Sequence record: DRR378314_814
Direction: 5' to 3' (one strand)
Length of the DNA: 64,000 bases
In this document: piece by piece, positions 50,341-60,476 of the stretch
How the letters are laid out: each line of letters begins with the position of its first letter
Numbering within the stretch: position 1 is the stretch's first letter
The notes under the pieces: generated by a model
What the model saw: only the letters and a program-made list of their open reading frames with translations
Told to the model about the DNA's origin: nothing
The model's database searches: none
Translations under genes and position numbers: made by a program

Positions 50341-51501
50341 TCAATCCAGCAGCCACGGGGCTGATGGAATATTGACAACTGTATCACTAATTTCCATTGC
50401 GCCAGCAAGAGGCCCGATGATGTCACAGTCTGAATAGAAAGGCAGTTGATGCATCGGCGTCCAAACAGGCCTGACTTCCAACTTCTGACCTGATGCCGCT
50501 TCTAAAAACTCATCTCGCAATTTCTTGCTTTCAAATTTTATCGCCTGCAACCAGTAATTGGAATAATTGTCTGGATTTTCAGATCGAAATGCAACGCCGG
50601 GAATCCCTGAGAAAAGATCGCTATAAGCTCTCGCCAGTTTACGTTTTTTCTCTATCTTGTCTGCTAGATCTTCAAGTTGGCCTAACCCAAGAGCGGCGTT
50701 CAAATTTGGAAGTCTGTAATTGAACCCCAACTCATCATGGCTGAAGTTAATCCCATCCGCCACGCGCGCCGTGGTTGTGACATGCTTCAAGCGGGCAGCA
50801 AGCTTTTCATCATTCGTAGTGATCATTCCACCCCCACCAGTGGTAATGATTTTATTGCCGTTAAAGCTGAAAACACCTACGTCACCAAAGGAGCCGCATT
50901 TTCGGCCATTTTGATGCGAGCCGAGGGATTCTGTTGAATCCTCAACCAAAGCAACACCGAATTCCTGACAAAGAGCTTCGATTTCCTCCAACCCAGCAGG
51001 ATGGCCAAAAATATCAACAACGACACAGGCCGCAACTCTCTGCTCTTTGTAATAAAGGCTTCCGTTCTTTGCGGAGCAGCTTTCAGTAAAGAACTTCTTC
51101 AACTCTACAGGAGACATCCCGTATGTTTCCAGCTCGCTATCCAGGAAAACCGGCCGGGCGCCTGTGTATTTCACCGCATTTGCCGTCGCAACAAACGTAA
51201 TCGAAGGACAGAGCACAACGTCACCTGCGCCTGCACCGAGCACATGTAAGGCGGCGTGCAAAGCTGCCGTTCCATTAACGGTGGCTACTCCATATTTACA
51301 TCCCGCTAATGCAGCAACCTTTTCTTCAAATTCAATGACATATGCCCCTACCGTCGATACAAAGGTAGACTCCAAACAGGCCAGCAAATAATCTTTTTCA
51401 GAACCATCAAAGGTTGGGGTGTGCAGAGGGATATAATCAGCAAACCCAAGATCATTTCTCAAGAAATTTTCAAGGCGGTCGAATTGTTGCATTCGGGTCA
51501 C
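50341..51501 (-). CDS. legC: LegC-family PLP aminotransferase
   Basis: IPLH.P.F, STFVSTVG, NGTAALH, EDSTESLGS and SFNGNKIITTGGGG motifs. Confidence 0.88.
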   Translation of the reverse strand: MTRMQQFDRLENFLRNDLGFADYIPLHTPTFDGSEKDYLLACLESTFVSTVGAYVIEFEEKVAALAGCKYGVATVNGTAALHAALHVLGAGAGDVVLCPSITFVATANAVKYTGARPVFLDSELETYGMSPVELKKFFTESCSAKNGSLYYKEQRVAACVVVDIFGHPAGLEEIEALCQEFGVALVEDSTESLGSHQNGRKCGSFGDVGVFSFNGNKIITTGGGGMITTNDEKLAARLKHVTTTARVADGINFSHDELGFNYRLPNLNAALGLGQLEDLADKIEKKRKLARAYSDLFSGIPGVAFRSENPDNYSNYWLQAIKFESKKLRDEFLEAASGQKLEVRPVWTPMHQLPFYSDCDIIGPLAGAMEISDTVVNIPSAPWLLD

Positions 51502-51505
51502 ATTC

Positions 51506-52519
51506 TTATTTTGGGTAGGTTAGGGAATAGTTTCCGAAAAAGTTATTTCCGCTGGAAAAATCACTGAAATACCCCTGATCAAGCAAGGCAACAATTTCAG
51601 CAACCCCGGCTTCAACTGAGTATTTTGGCTCAAACCCCAAATGGCTTTTGACTTTATCAAAGTTCACACGATAGTTCCGCGGATCACCACCATGCTCCTG
51701 ATAGGTAATGTTGCAATTTGGAAGTTGATCTTCGATGATGGAAACAACCGATCTCTTTGTGTGGTTATTTGCTTCGCCGCCCGCATTGAACACTTCGAAG
51801 TTGACCGCCTCTTTAGGAGACTGGATCACCTTTAAAATAAGACGCGCAAAATCTCTGACATGGCAATAGGGGCGCCACGTATCTGCATCGAACACAACCA
51901 GCTCATTTCCCGCCCATAATTCACGCGTAAATTCATTCACAGTCAGGTCAAAACGCATTCTGGGTGCGGCACCGAATGCCGTTGCGAACCTTAAAACTAC
52001 GCCGCTGTAATCAACTTCGTCTTTCTTGGACAAGAAAAGCTGTTCAGCGTCAACTTTGGATTTCGCATACAGTGAGAGTGGCTTAAGCTCACTTTCCTCT
52101 GTGGCAAGTTTCCCGCCTTCCATCAAGCCATAATTAGAGCATGTGGAGACGAATATCGCTTTACCCAATCCTTTGCCAGACAATGCATTCAGGCAATCCT
52201 GTATTCCCTTGTCGTTGACTAATCCGGCTTCTGTCGGAAATTTTTTGGTAATTGGATCGCCAACCAAGCCCGCCAGAATAACAACGTGCTGTACGTCTTT
52301 CAATGCTTGCTCTAATTGATCAGATTTCGTTAAATCTCCAACGACCTGCTCGTAATTATCGTGCAGCAACAATCCAGCAGTAGCCAACTGTGTCGGATAA
52401 AGAAAATTATCAAAATTCCTGACAGCATACCCATGGTTCAACAGAAAAGATGCAACTGGCGGCCCAATGTAACCGCCGCCTCCGATTATTAGTACACGTT
52501 CCATAATGTATTGTGACAC
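51506..52519 (-). CDS. NAD-dependent epimerase/dehydratase
   Basis: GGGGYIG, STCSNYG, YAKSK and RMRFDL motifs; co-oriented with legC. Confidence 0.85.
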   Translation of the reverse strand: MSQYIMERVLIIGGGGYIGPPVASFLLNHGYAVRNFDNFLYPTQLATAGLLLHDNYEQVVGDLTKSDQLEQALKDVQHVVILAGLVGDPITKKFPTEAGLVNDKGIQDCLNALSGKGLGKAIFVSTCSNYGLMEGGKLATEESELKPLSLYAKSKVDAEQLFLSKKDEVDYSGVVLRFATAFGAAPRMRFDLTVNEFTRELWAGNELVVFDADTWRPYCHVRDFARLILKVIQSPKEAVNFEVFNAGGEANNHTKRSVVSIIEDQLPNCNITYQEHGGDPRNYRVNFDKVKSHLGFEPKYSVEAGVAEIVALLDQGYFSDFSSGNNFFGNYSLTYPK

Positions 52520-52750
52520 CGTTGTAGATTTATTTAAATTTTAGCTTCTTCGTGAGCTTGAGTTCGCCCTCACGCATAAACTGGAACCTCTATCACTAGT
52601 TCACCATGTTAATGTTTTCAAGCAATTAATGTTTGCCCAAAACACACTATCTAAAGTCGTGTTTTTTGTATTTGTATTACGCCGAGCTTTATGTTTTATC
52701 GGAACCTTGAAACAGAACATTTCTTCGCAAGCGAAAAATGGAGAAACCGA

Positions 52751-53764
52751 ATGAATGTTGGTATCGTTGGCTTCGGCAGAATGGGAACTCGACTGCTTGA
52801 AGCAAGTCTGCAAGCCAACCTGCCCGTTACATCAATATTGGATACCTCGCCTAATCCTTGGGGCTTATCGCACCACCCAGAATACACATCTGCACTAAAA
52901 ATCACGGAAGATGCTTTTTTTAAGGAGCAGTTCGATATTCTGGCGGTGGCGACAACAGCTCCGTCTCACACCTATTTCCTAAAGCAAGGCCTCGATCACG
53001 GCATTAAGCGATTTGTGATTGAAAAACCATTTTCAACGAGCTTGCACGACGCGCAAGAAGCGCATGACTTGTCGGCATCTTGCGGCGCAAAAGTGATTGT
53101 TAATCATGCACGACGGTATTGCCCCAATTTTGCACAATTACTCTTACTCAAAAAACAAAAGAAGCTCGGCAACATCAAATCAATCAACACCGTTCTAGGC
53201 GGCGGCTCGATGGGCTGCCTCGGTGTTCATTTTTTTGATCTTTATAACTGGTTGTATGAGGCTCTTCCTACCAAGGTCGTCTCAACGCTCACGGAGCCTG
53301 TAACAGAAAATGTAAGGGGCGCTCATTTCTTTGACCCGGGTGGATCCGTATTTCTGTCTTATCCTTGCGGAGGACGTGCATTTTTAGATATCGGCGATGA
53401 TATCGGCATCATGGGTGGAACTCGAATAATCTTCGAAAAGGGTATCGTTGAAATTGATGCTGAATTCGAAACCTGGTCTATTCGTGGACGAAAACCCGAA
53501 GATATGGAAAAACCGAACACCCAATATGGTCTTCCTCTCGTCCCTCGGAATGATTTGCTGGACTGGAAAGATTTCTCGATGATGGATAGGTGGTCTGCCA
53601 TGATGGCCGATGCGGCTTCTGATGAACCTGGAGTATCAGGATCCACTCATGGAATTGACACCCTGAAAATCTATCATGCTGCCCGCATTTCGGCAGCAGA
53701 AAACAAATGGGTTGATCTTAATTCACTGGCAAATTATCCAAGTCAGGAATATTTAATTCCATAG
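52751..53764 (+). CDS. Gfo/Idh/MocA family oxidoreductase
   Basis: GIVGFGRMG, EKPF, NHARRY and GVHFFDL; RBS-supported ATG at 52751. Confidence 0.85.
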   Translation: MNVGIVGFGRMGTRLLEASLQANLPVTSILDTSPNPWGLSHHPEYTSALKITEDAFFKEQFDILAVATTAPSHTYFLKQGLDHGIKRFVIEKPFSTSLHDAQEAHDLSASCGAKVIVNHARRYCPNFAQLLLLKKQKKLGNIKSINTVLGGGSMGCLGVHFFDLYNWLYEALPTKVVSTLTEPVTENVRGAHFFDPGGSVFLSYPCGGRAFLDIGDDIGIMGGTRIIFEKGIVEIDAEFETWSIRGRKPEDMEKPNTQYGLPLVPRNDLLDWKDFSMMDRWSAMMADAASDEPGVSGSTHGIDTLKIYHAARISAAENKWVDLNSLANYPSQEYLIP

Positions 53765-53803
53765 TCGTTTTTCGATTTATTTAATCAATTAGTGGTCTCG
53801 AAC

Positions 53804-54766
53804 ATGTCTAAAGGCAAAATCCTTCTTATCGGTATTGGCAATATGGGGCGCGCATATGCGCAGATTCTCTCTGATCAAAAAAGAGAGTTTATCGCTGTCG
53901 CCAATACCGACACGAATGCCGCGAACTTTAAAGCCCAGTTTGACGTTGATTTACTTGTTGGTGGAGTGAACAAAGTTGACACAGCCGCATTGGGCATTAG
54001 CCATGCGATCATTGCCAGCCCACTTCACACACTTGCGGACTGCACGCGAGACTTAATACGAAAAAAAGTGCCCAATATTCTTGTCGAAAAGCCTGGCGCT
54101 CTGTCCGTTCAAGAGCTGCAAGATCTGAAACCGCAAGTCTCAGGTGATAGCAATATATACATAGCTTATAATCGTCGCTTCTACGACTCCGTACAGGCCG
54201 CAAAAACCATTATCAGTGAGGATGGCGGCGCAATTTCAGCGAATATCGAGTTTAGTGAATTCTCCCACGCGATTAGCAAAATTGGGCACAGAGAAGACGT
54301 CTTAAGAAACTGGATATTTGTGAATTCAACTCATGTAATCGACACACTGTTTTTCCTAATAGGGAAGCCTAAGACGCTTTCAAGTACCGTTCACGGAACA
54401 AGTAACTGGGGAACACCCCAACAATTGTCCGGCCACGGAATGAGTGTAAACAACACTTTTTTTAATTATTTTGCAGAATTGTCCTCCGCCCCAAGGTGGC
54501 AGATCGTTATCAATACCCGTAAGAGAGCACTCCTTCTCAATCCTCTGGAAATCCTGAAGGCTAGAAAAATAGACAGCCTGAAAGATGAAGAGATCTCGCT
54601 GACACCTAATCCGAATGATACGTATAAACCCGGCCTTTTAGGACAACTGGAAGCATTTCTCTCGACGACGAAACAGAATGATTTACCCTCATTGTCTGAA
54701 AAAATTGAAGATGGGGCTTACTTGCGAGCTCTTTTAGAGGGGCTAGACTACAATGTCGACGCATGA
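53804..54766 (+). CDS. Gfo/Idh/MocA family oxidoreductase
   Basis: IGIGNMG, LVEKPG, AYNRRFY and NSTHVID motifs. Confidence 0.85.
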   Translation: MSKGKILLIGIGNMGRAYAQILSDQKREFIAVANTDTNAANFKAQFDVDLLVGGVNKVDTAALGISHAIIASPLHTLADCTRDLIRKKVPNILVEKPGALSVQELQDLKPQVSGDSNIYIAYNRRFYDSVQAAKTIISEDGGAISANIEFSEFSHAISKIGHREDVLRNWIFVNSTHVIDTLFFLIGKPKTLSSTVHGTSNWGTPQQLSGHGMSVNNTFFNYFAELSSAPRWQIVINTRKRALLLNPLEILKARKIDSLKDEEISLTPNPNDTYKPGLLGQLEAFLSTTKQNDLPSLSEKIEDGAYLRALLEGLDYNVDA

Positions 54767-54776
54767 TGGTGTGTGA

Positions 54777-56597
54777 GTGATAAAGCACCTGTGGCATATA
54801 CCATCGTACCTACGATGGAAAAATAAAATTGAGAAATATATTTCCACCTCTAGCCAACTGGGGGAAAGTAATGCAGCTTTCATTGCGACCAATCCCCGGA
54901 GCAACTTTTTAGACACACTGCGGCCTGACCAGAAGATATTATGCCAAACACACGTTGAATATACCGCCTGCAAAGATGCATGCCATGATGAAAAACAAGT
55001 CCATATGGCGAGATCTTTTTTTCCAGGCTATGAAGACGAGGTTGAAACAAGTTTAGTCAGCTTCTCAAAAAAATGCGCCGATCACATATTCGACGAATTC
55101 ACCTTCTCTGATTGTCCAGACGCGGTCAAAGAGATGGGTAAGTTGTGGTTTTCTGATCTGATTTGCGGTAACTTGCGAAACATTGCTGCCCTTGACAAAT
55201 ACATCGCTGACCATGGTGAATTCGATCAACTAATCCTCTCAAAAAGCATCCCATCCATCTACCTGTTTTTCAGAACACTCAATCAGAACCTGCCTTTAAA
55301 AAACTTAAATTCTATTCATAAGGCTTTTAAAAACGAACTCGCGCTTATTGCAACGGCAGTTTCTGCCACACCAGCAACATCAGATTTATATAAAAACAAT
55401 ATTTCAAAACTGCTCCTCAACCCCGACGGCCTGACCGCCTTAGAAAACTCGCCCAAAATACTGGCTGTCATTGATAGTCGCGAAACCAGTCGATATGCCC
55501 CTCCATTACGGAATCTTCTTCAGCAAACTAACTATCTTGACGACACGCGTTTTATCTCTGCCCAGGGCATGAGCAACATCAAAGCCACTCCAGCGTCTAA
55601 ATTTGCCGCTTATACTGCAGCATCTCACCTATTCCATTCTCTGAAAAAAAGTGAACTGGGATCTTCCGTTTGGTTTCAATCAGATAAACGCTTCATCTGG
55701 TTCGCGTCTCTTTTCGATTTTGTTAGACGCTTCGTTCCGAGAATGATCCGCATTTATCAACAAGCTGCTCATGACCTGGATGCACGGCCTGCCGCACTGA
55801 TCGTTGCGCCGGGCCGACATCCAATCTCATGGTGTTACATTCATGAAGCAACGAAACGGGGAATTAGCACCATTGATTTTCAGCCAATTATGTTTTCAAG
55901 CATCCCCAGATACAGAGCCCCAATTTGCGATACGTGTTTTGTTGTGGACCAATCGCAACTCGAACTAGCAAGGGACTTCTTCAACGTCCCTGAAGAAAAG
56001 CTCATAGCGATGGGATCGACTCGGATTTCAACCGAATTCGAACCGACAGCCAACCAATCCGCAACCACTCAGATCCTAATTGTAGGTCAGCCCTTCCGAC
56101 CAGATGATTTTTGCTTAATCCTGCAAAAATTATCATCCTTAAAGACACTGATCCCAAACCTAGAGGTTTTACTAGCGCCTCACCCAGACGATACAGAAAA
56201 AACAATCGATCTATATAACAAAACTGTAGCCGAATTAGGTTCACCTGAATACTGCAGGATCCTACCAAAAGGTCAGACCAACGACTATGTCAGATCCTCT
56301 TCACTGGTGGTAACCTTTTATAGTAACGTGGGATTTGACGCTGCACTGCAAGGCAAGACGGTTATCGTCCTCAGTAAAGACGACAACGAAAAAAGACCCG
56401 AACTTGATGTATTGGCAAATATTATTTTAAAAACCGACATGGACAATCTGATCGCAACCGTCCATACAGGTCTGCTACCGGAAACAGCAACAGATCTTAA
56501 ACAAAAACGCCGGGATTTGTGGAAAGTACATCCTTATCTCAAACCTGGCAGCAGTGTTGAAATTTTCTCCACAACACTCGCAAAATTGTTAAACTGA
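54777..56597 (+). CDS. Capsule protein with C-terminal GT-B-like domain, putative nonulosonate transferase
   Basis: 606 aa ORF; APHPDD and VTFYSNVGFDAAL motifs; directly upstream of neuB. Function inferred. Confidence 0.55.
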   Translation: MIKHLWHIPSYLRWKNKIEKYISTSSQLGESNAAFIATNPRSNFLDTLRPDQKILCQTHVEYTACKDACHDEKQVHMARSFFPGYEDEVETSLVSFSKKCADHIFDEFTFSDCPDAVKEMGKLWFSDLICGNLRNIAALDKYIADHGEFDQLILSKSIPSIYLFFRTLNQNLPLKNLNSIHKAFKNELALIATAVSATPATSDLYKNNISKLLLNPDGLTALENSPKILAVIDSRETSRYAPPLRNLLQQTNYLDDTRFISAQGMSNIKATPASKFAAYTAASHLFHSLKKSELGSSVWFQSDKRFIWFASLFDFVRRFVPRMIRIYQQAAHDLDARPAALIVAPGRHPISWCYIHEATKRGISTIDFQPIMFSSIPRYRAPICDTCFVVDQSQLELARDFFNVPEEKLIAMGSTRISTEFEPTANQSATTQILIVGQPFRPDDFCLILQKLSSLKTLIPNLEVLLAPHPDDTEKTIDLYNKTVAELGSPEYCRILPKGQTNDYVRSSSLVVTFYSNVGFDAALQGKTVIVLSKDDNEKRPELDVLANIILKTDMDNLIATVHTGLLPETATDLKQKRRDLWKVHPYLKPGSSVEIFSTTLAKLLN

Positions 56598-56605
56598 CTA
56601 AAAAC

Positions 56606-57652
56606 GTGAGGATCGACTTGGCTAATATCGTAGAAAACCCTTCGGTGTTTATCATTGCCGAAATCGGCGTTAATCATAACGGACAACTAGATATCGCTGT
56701 TGAGCTTATTCGCAAGGCCAAGTCTGCAGGCGCTGATGCTGTTAAATTTCAAACATTTAAAGCAGATAACCTCGTTCTAGAAAATGCGCCTAAAGCGCTA
56801 TATCAATTGCAGAACGAGCCAAACTCTACCGCCAGCCAATATGAGATGCTGAAGAAGCTAGAGTTAAGTGTTGAGGATCATCTCGTCTTAAAAAAAGAAT
56901 GTGAAACTCAGGGTCTCGAATTCATATCAACGCCATTTGACATTGATTCCCTTGAAATCCTGACTGAAATTGGTGTTCCGCTGATCAAGATCTCATCTGG
57001 CGATGTAACCAATATCCCCTTACTGCATAGTATTAGCCTTAAAAATTTACCCGTTATCCTGTCTACAGGTATGGCCTCTCTTGGTGAAATTGAACTTGCG
57101 TTAAAAACGCTACGCAGCAGTTCAAGCGCCAAAATCGCATTATTGCATTGCATCAGCAACTATCCGGCAACGCCCTCTGCAACCAACCTGATGGCGATCA
57201 AAACCCTCGGCGATACCTTTAATCTGCCTGTAGGATGGTCCGATCATACAATTGGTAATCTAACGGCAATTGCCGCGGTTACCCTTGGCGCAACTATCAT
57301 TGAAAAACACATCACTCTTGATAAGAATATGGAAGGTCCGGATCACAAAGCATCCATCGAAATTGAAGAGTTTGCTGCATACGTGGAAGACATACGAACC
57401 ACGGAGCAAGCTCTTGGTAACGGCGTAAAGAAACCGCAACCCGAGGAATTTGAAGTTGCAAAAATTGCGCGAAGATCGATCGTTGCGAGCAAAGATATTT
57501 CGGCGGGTGAAACCCTAAGCTTCGACAATCTCACCATGAAGCGGCCCGAGGATGGTTTACCAGGAAGTGCCTTTGAATTTTTGCTCGGCAAAAAACTCAG
57601 AAGCCCAATTCGAAAGAATGAAAAACTCGAACTGTCGATGATTGATCAGTGA
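56606..57652 (+). CDS. neuB: Nonulosonic acid synthase (NeuB/LegI)
   Basis: IIAEIGVNHNG, DAVKFQ, STPFD, LSTGM, SDHT, IEKH.TLD, GPDH and C-terminal SAF domain. Confidence 0.95.
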   Translation: MRIDLANIVENPSVFIIAEIGVNHNGQLDIAVELIRKAKSAGADAVKFQTFKADNLVLENAPKALYQLQNEPNSTASQYEMLKKLELSVEDHLVLKKECETQGLEFISTPFDIDSLEILTEIGVPLIKISSGDVTNIPLLHSISLKNLPVILSTGMASLGEIELALKTLRSSSSAKIALLHCISNYPATPSATNLMAIKTLGDTFNLPVGWSDHTIGNLTAIAAVTLGATIIEKHITLDKNMEGPDHKASIEIEEFAAYVEDIRTTEQALGNGVKKPQPEEFEVAKIARRSIVASKDISAGETLSFDNLTMKRPEDGLPGSAFEFLLGKKLRSPIRKNEKLELSMIDQ

Positions 57653-57664
57653 TTGGGCCAAGAC

Positions 57665-58378
57665 ATGTATAACGGAAAAACCATTCTAGGTATTATCTTG
57701 GCAAGGGGCGGCTCCAAGGGGTTACCAGGGAAAAATGTCAAACAATTAGGGACCAAGCCATTGTTGGCCTGGACCATTGATACCGCTCTTGAGAGCAACA
57801 TATTTGATCGCTTACTTCTTTCAACTGATTGCGAGGAGATCAGAAAAGTTGGGATTGAACATGGGGCTGACGCGCCCTTTCTCCGACCTGCTGAACTGGC
57901 TGAGGATAACACAAATTCGCTCGATGCTATCCGGCACGCCCTTACATACCTGGAAAACGAGAATGAAACCTATGATCTCGTTGTGCTTTTACAACCCACC
58001 AGCCCCTTCCGATCAGCCGACGATATCATCGGTACAGTTAGTCTGTATCTCAATGAGAAAAACACCGACACAGCCGTAAGCGTTAGCGAAAATGCCAAAT
58101 CTCCTTATTGGAGTTATTTACGAAATGACGACGGAGACCTGGAAAATCTGCTCCCTCCCCAGGAAACTGGCTGGAGACGACAAAACCTTCCAGTGACTTA
58201 CTCACTAAATGGTGCAGTGTATTGCACGACCTGGTCGCATCTCACAGACGGAAAAAACTTCACCGACGGCAAAACTGCTGGATATATCATGCCATCTATT
58301 CGTTCGGTTGACATCGATACACCGCTTGATTTCTTGATTTGCGAAGCAATCTTAAGCTCAAAGCTATCTTTAGAGTAA
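57665..58378 (+). CDS. neuA: Acylneuraminate cytidylyltransferase (NeuA/LegF)
   Basis: ARGGSKGLPGKN, LQPTSPFR, RRQ, NGAVY and SVDIDT motifs. Confidence 0.93.
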   Translation: MYNGKTILGIILARGGSKGLPGKNVKQLGTKPLLAWTIDTALESNIFDRLLLSTDCEEIRKVGIEHGADAPFLRPAELAEDNTNSLDAIRHALTYLENENETYDLVVLLQPTSPFRSADDIIGTVSLYLNEKNTDTAVSVSENAKSPYWSYLRNDDGDLENLLPPQETGWRRQNLPVTYSLNGAVYCTTWSHLTDGKNFTDGKTAGYIMPSIRSVDIDTPLDFLICEAILSSKLSLE

Positions 58379-58379
58379 G

Positions 58380-60440
58380 CTAAAACCATCTCACGAGTAT
58401 TTTTGCAAACGGCGAATTATTATATACCCGCCTCAAAGCCTCCACCATTCCAGCACTAGGCTGGTAGGTTAAATTTTGCTGCAATCGATTAATGACAATT
58501 TCAGGTTCGCACAGAAGGTTGGAGACTGGATCGACATACGAGGGGTATTCAATAAGTGCTCCGAAAACGAGCTCCTCAAGCGACAACTGGTTAGTTCGCT
58601 TGTCAAAATCGACTTCATCTGTAGTCAGGCCCCAGCCGGCATAAAACGGGCTGCCATATGTAAACACCGCCTTTCCCCTAAGCAGAGCCTCGAACCCTAC
58701 CAAGGATGTATTTATATGTACCTCATCGGCAATTTTTAACAAGGCTGTCGTTGAAGCAGTTTCCACGACTAGATCTGCATAACGGTTGGTTTGCGAGGGA
58801 TTTATTTTCCCGGGTTTCAATCCAGTCAAGACATCCGGGTGAGGTTTATAGATAATGAAGCTATCTGGATTCCGGTTACGCACAGTCGTCAACAGATCCA
58901 GATTTGTTTTAATTTTCCCCAGACTTTTCAGAAGGGAGAAATCACTTTCGACTTGTCCTGCAACGAGTATAACTGGCTTATCTGCCGGAATGGACAATTC
59001 AACGACATTAGCCCCTGTGTTATATTTTGTGATCTCATTCTCAACAACCAACCGGATAAGATCTTTGGCTCGCAATCGCTGGGGTTCGTCCAATGCAATT
59101 GAGTTCAATAAATTCTGCAATTTCGACGGACGTGTAGCGTCATAATAAATGCCAGTGTCATCGAAAACCAAAGAGCAGGCGGGGTGGAGTTTTGTCCCTA
59201 GACCTACAGATCGAATAAAGCCGTCCTCTACCCGGACGCATTTCTGACCTGATCGCTCCATATTTGTCAGAATTTCATCATTTATATTTTTAGCCCAGAT
59301 AAACAATGAGCGGCCTTTCTCAATCGCCAACTTAGACGCTAAGGTTGGTTTTTTTTCCTCAACACTTACATTTCCTTTTCCAACGTAAGAGAGGAAGTTT
59401 TCCCGTTTCCAAGTTGCAATCCCTGTGTAGATTTTAGGGACATTCAGTCTTGAAGTCCTGCTTTTGAGATCGGCGAGGATTGACAATCCTTCGACAGCAC
59501 TAACCCGCTGCCTCGAAAAAGGGTCAATATAGACTGGGTAATTCACGATGGTTTCGGATACAAGCTGCGCTAAACTGGTATCTTTGCGGCGACGCGCTAT
59601 CTGCTTATTGTCGTCAGTAAGCCCCCAACCCGCATAAAAAGGAAGAGCAAAACACTTCACGTGTTTCCCCGCCAACAACCCTTCAAAACCCAGCTGACTT
59701 GATATGACTAAAATTGATTCCAGCTTATCAAACAACTGCCAATTACAAACCTGTTCTGTCAGCACCCGAACACCTTTTGGCAATCGGCTGAGTGATATGC
59801 ACCCTTTTTTCTTTCCTGACAGCACGTCAGGATGGGTTTTGACAATCAGGCGATTTGCTGGCTTTCGCTGCAAGGCATAATCGACCATTCTATCAAAATC
59901 ACTATGAGTAGCGGTGCTTTCCTCTATGGACATATCGCCCCGGGTTTGATCCACAAGCATCCAATAATCATCGGGACCATAAACAAGCCAATCAGGCATC
60001 TCTTCTGTGGCAATATTATATTTGGTTAGCTTATGCTGGCGAATTAAACTCAAAACCTCCTGTGCAGCTTGTTCTTCATTTTCAGCCAAAACAGGTCCGG
60101 AGTTTAAGCGTCGCTCTAAAAGGCTCTCGCTTTTCGCAGAATAATACACCCCGACTTCGTCCGCGATCAAACTGAGTGGTCTGTGCCCATCCACCCCTAA
60201 TCCGACAGAGCGGAAAAACCCATCTTCAAGGGCAATATACGGGATATTCTGCTGTTCAGCGAACTGACACAACTTGTTGGTATTTGATTTATATCCCCAC
60301 CCGGCAACGGCCTCTACATTCGACGCCTTGTAGGCAGCAGTAACAGTCTCCGCAAAACTACTGAAAAATAATCGACTATCAGCAATGTCACGGATCTTTT
60401 TATTTGGAATACCAACACAACCGAAAAAACTATCTGTCAT
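58380..60440 (-). CDS. kpsC: Capsule biosynthesis Kdo transferase KpsC
   Basis: Two repeated domains, each with EDGF.RS, KYN, K.HPD, GFE.LL and PFYAGWGLT.D. Confidence 0.93.
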   Translation of the reverse strand: MTDSFFGCVGIPNKKIRDIADSRLFFSSFAETVTAAYKASNVEAVAGWGYKSNTNKLCQFAEQQNIPYIALEDGFFRSVGLGVDGHRPLSLIADEVGVYYSAKSESLLERRLNSGPVLAENEEQAAQEVLSLIRQHKLTKYNIATEEMPDWLVYGPDDYWMLVDQTRGDMSIEESTATHSDFDRMVDYALQRKPANRLIVKTHPDVLSGKKKGCISLSRLPKGVRVLTEQVCNWQLFDKLESILVISSQLGFEGLLAGKHVKCFALPFYAGWGLTDDNKQIARRRKDTSLAQLVSETIVNYPVYIDPFSRQRVSAVEGLSILADLKSRTSRLNVPKIYTGIATWKRENFLSYVGKGNVSVEEKKPTLASKLAIEKGRSLFIWAKNINDEILTNMERSGQKCVRVEDGFIRSVGLGTKLHPACSLVFDDTGIYYDATRPSKLQNLLNSIALDEPQRLRAKDLIRLVVENEITKYNTGANVVELSIPADKPVILVAGQVESDFSLLKSLGKIKTNLDLLTTVRNRNPDSFIIYKPHPDVLTGLKPGKINPSQTNRYADLVVETASTTALLKIADEVHINTSLVGFEALLRGKAVFTYGSPFYAGWGLTTDEVDFDKRTNQLSLEELVFGALIEYPSYVDPVSNLLCEPEIVINRLQQNLTYQPSAGMVEALRRVYNNSPFAKILVRWF

Positions 60441-60476
60441 GTAAAATTTTCCAGGCTAGCTATCTTTATGATTTTT

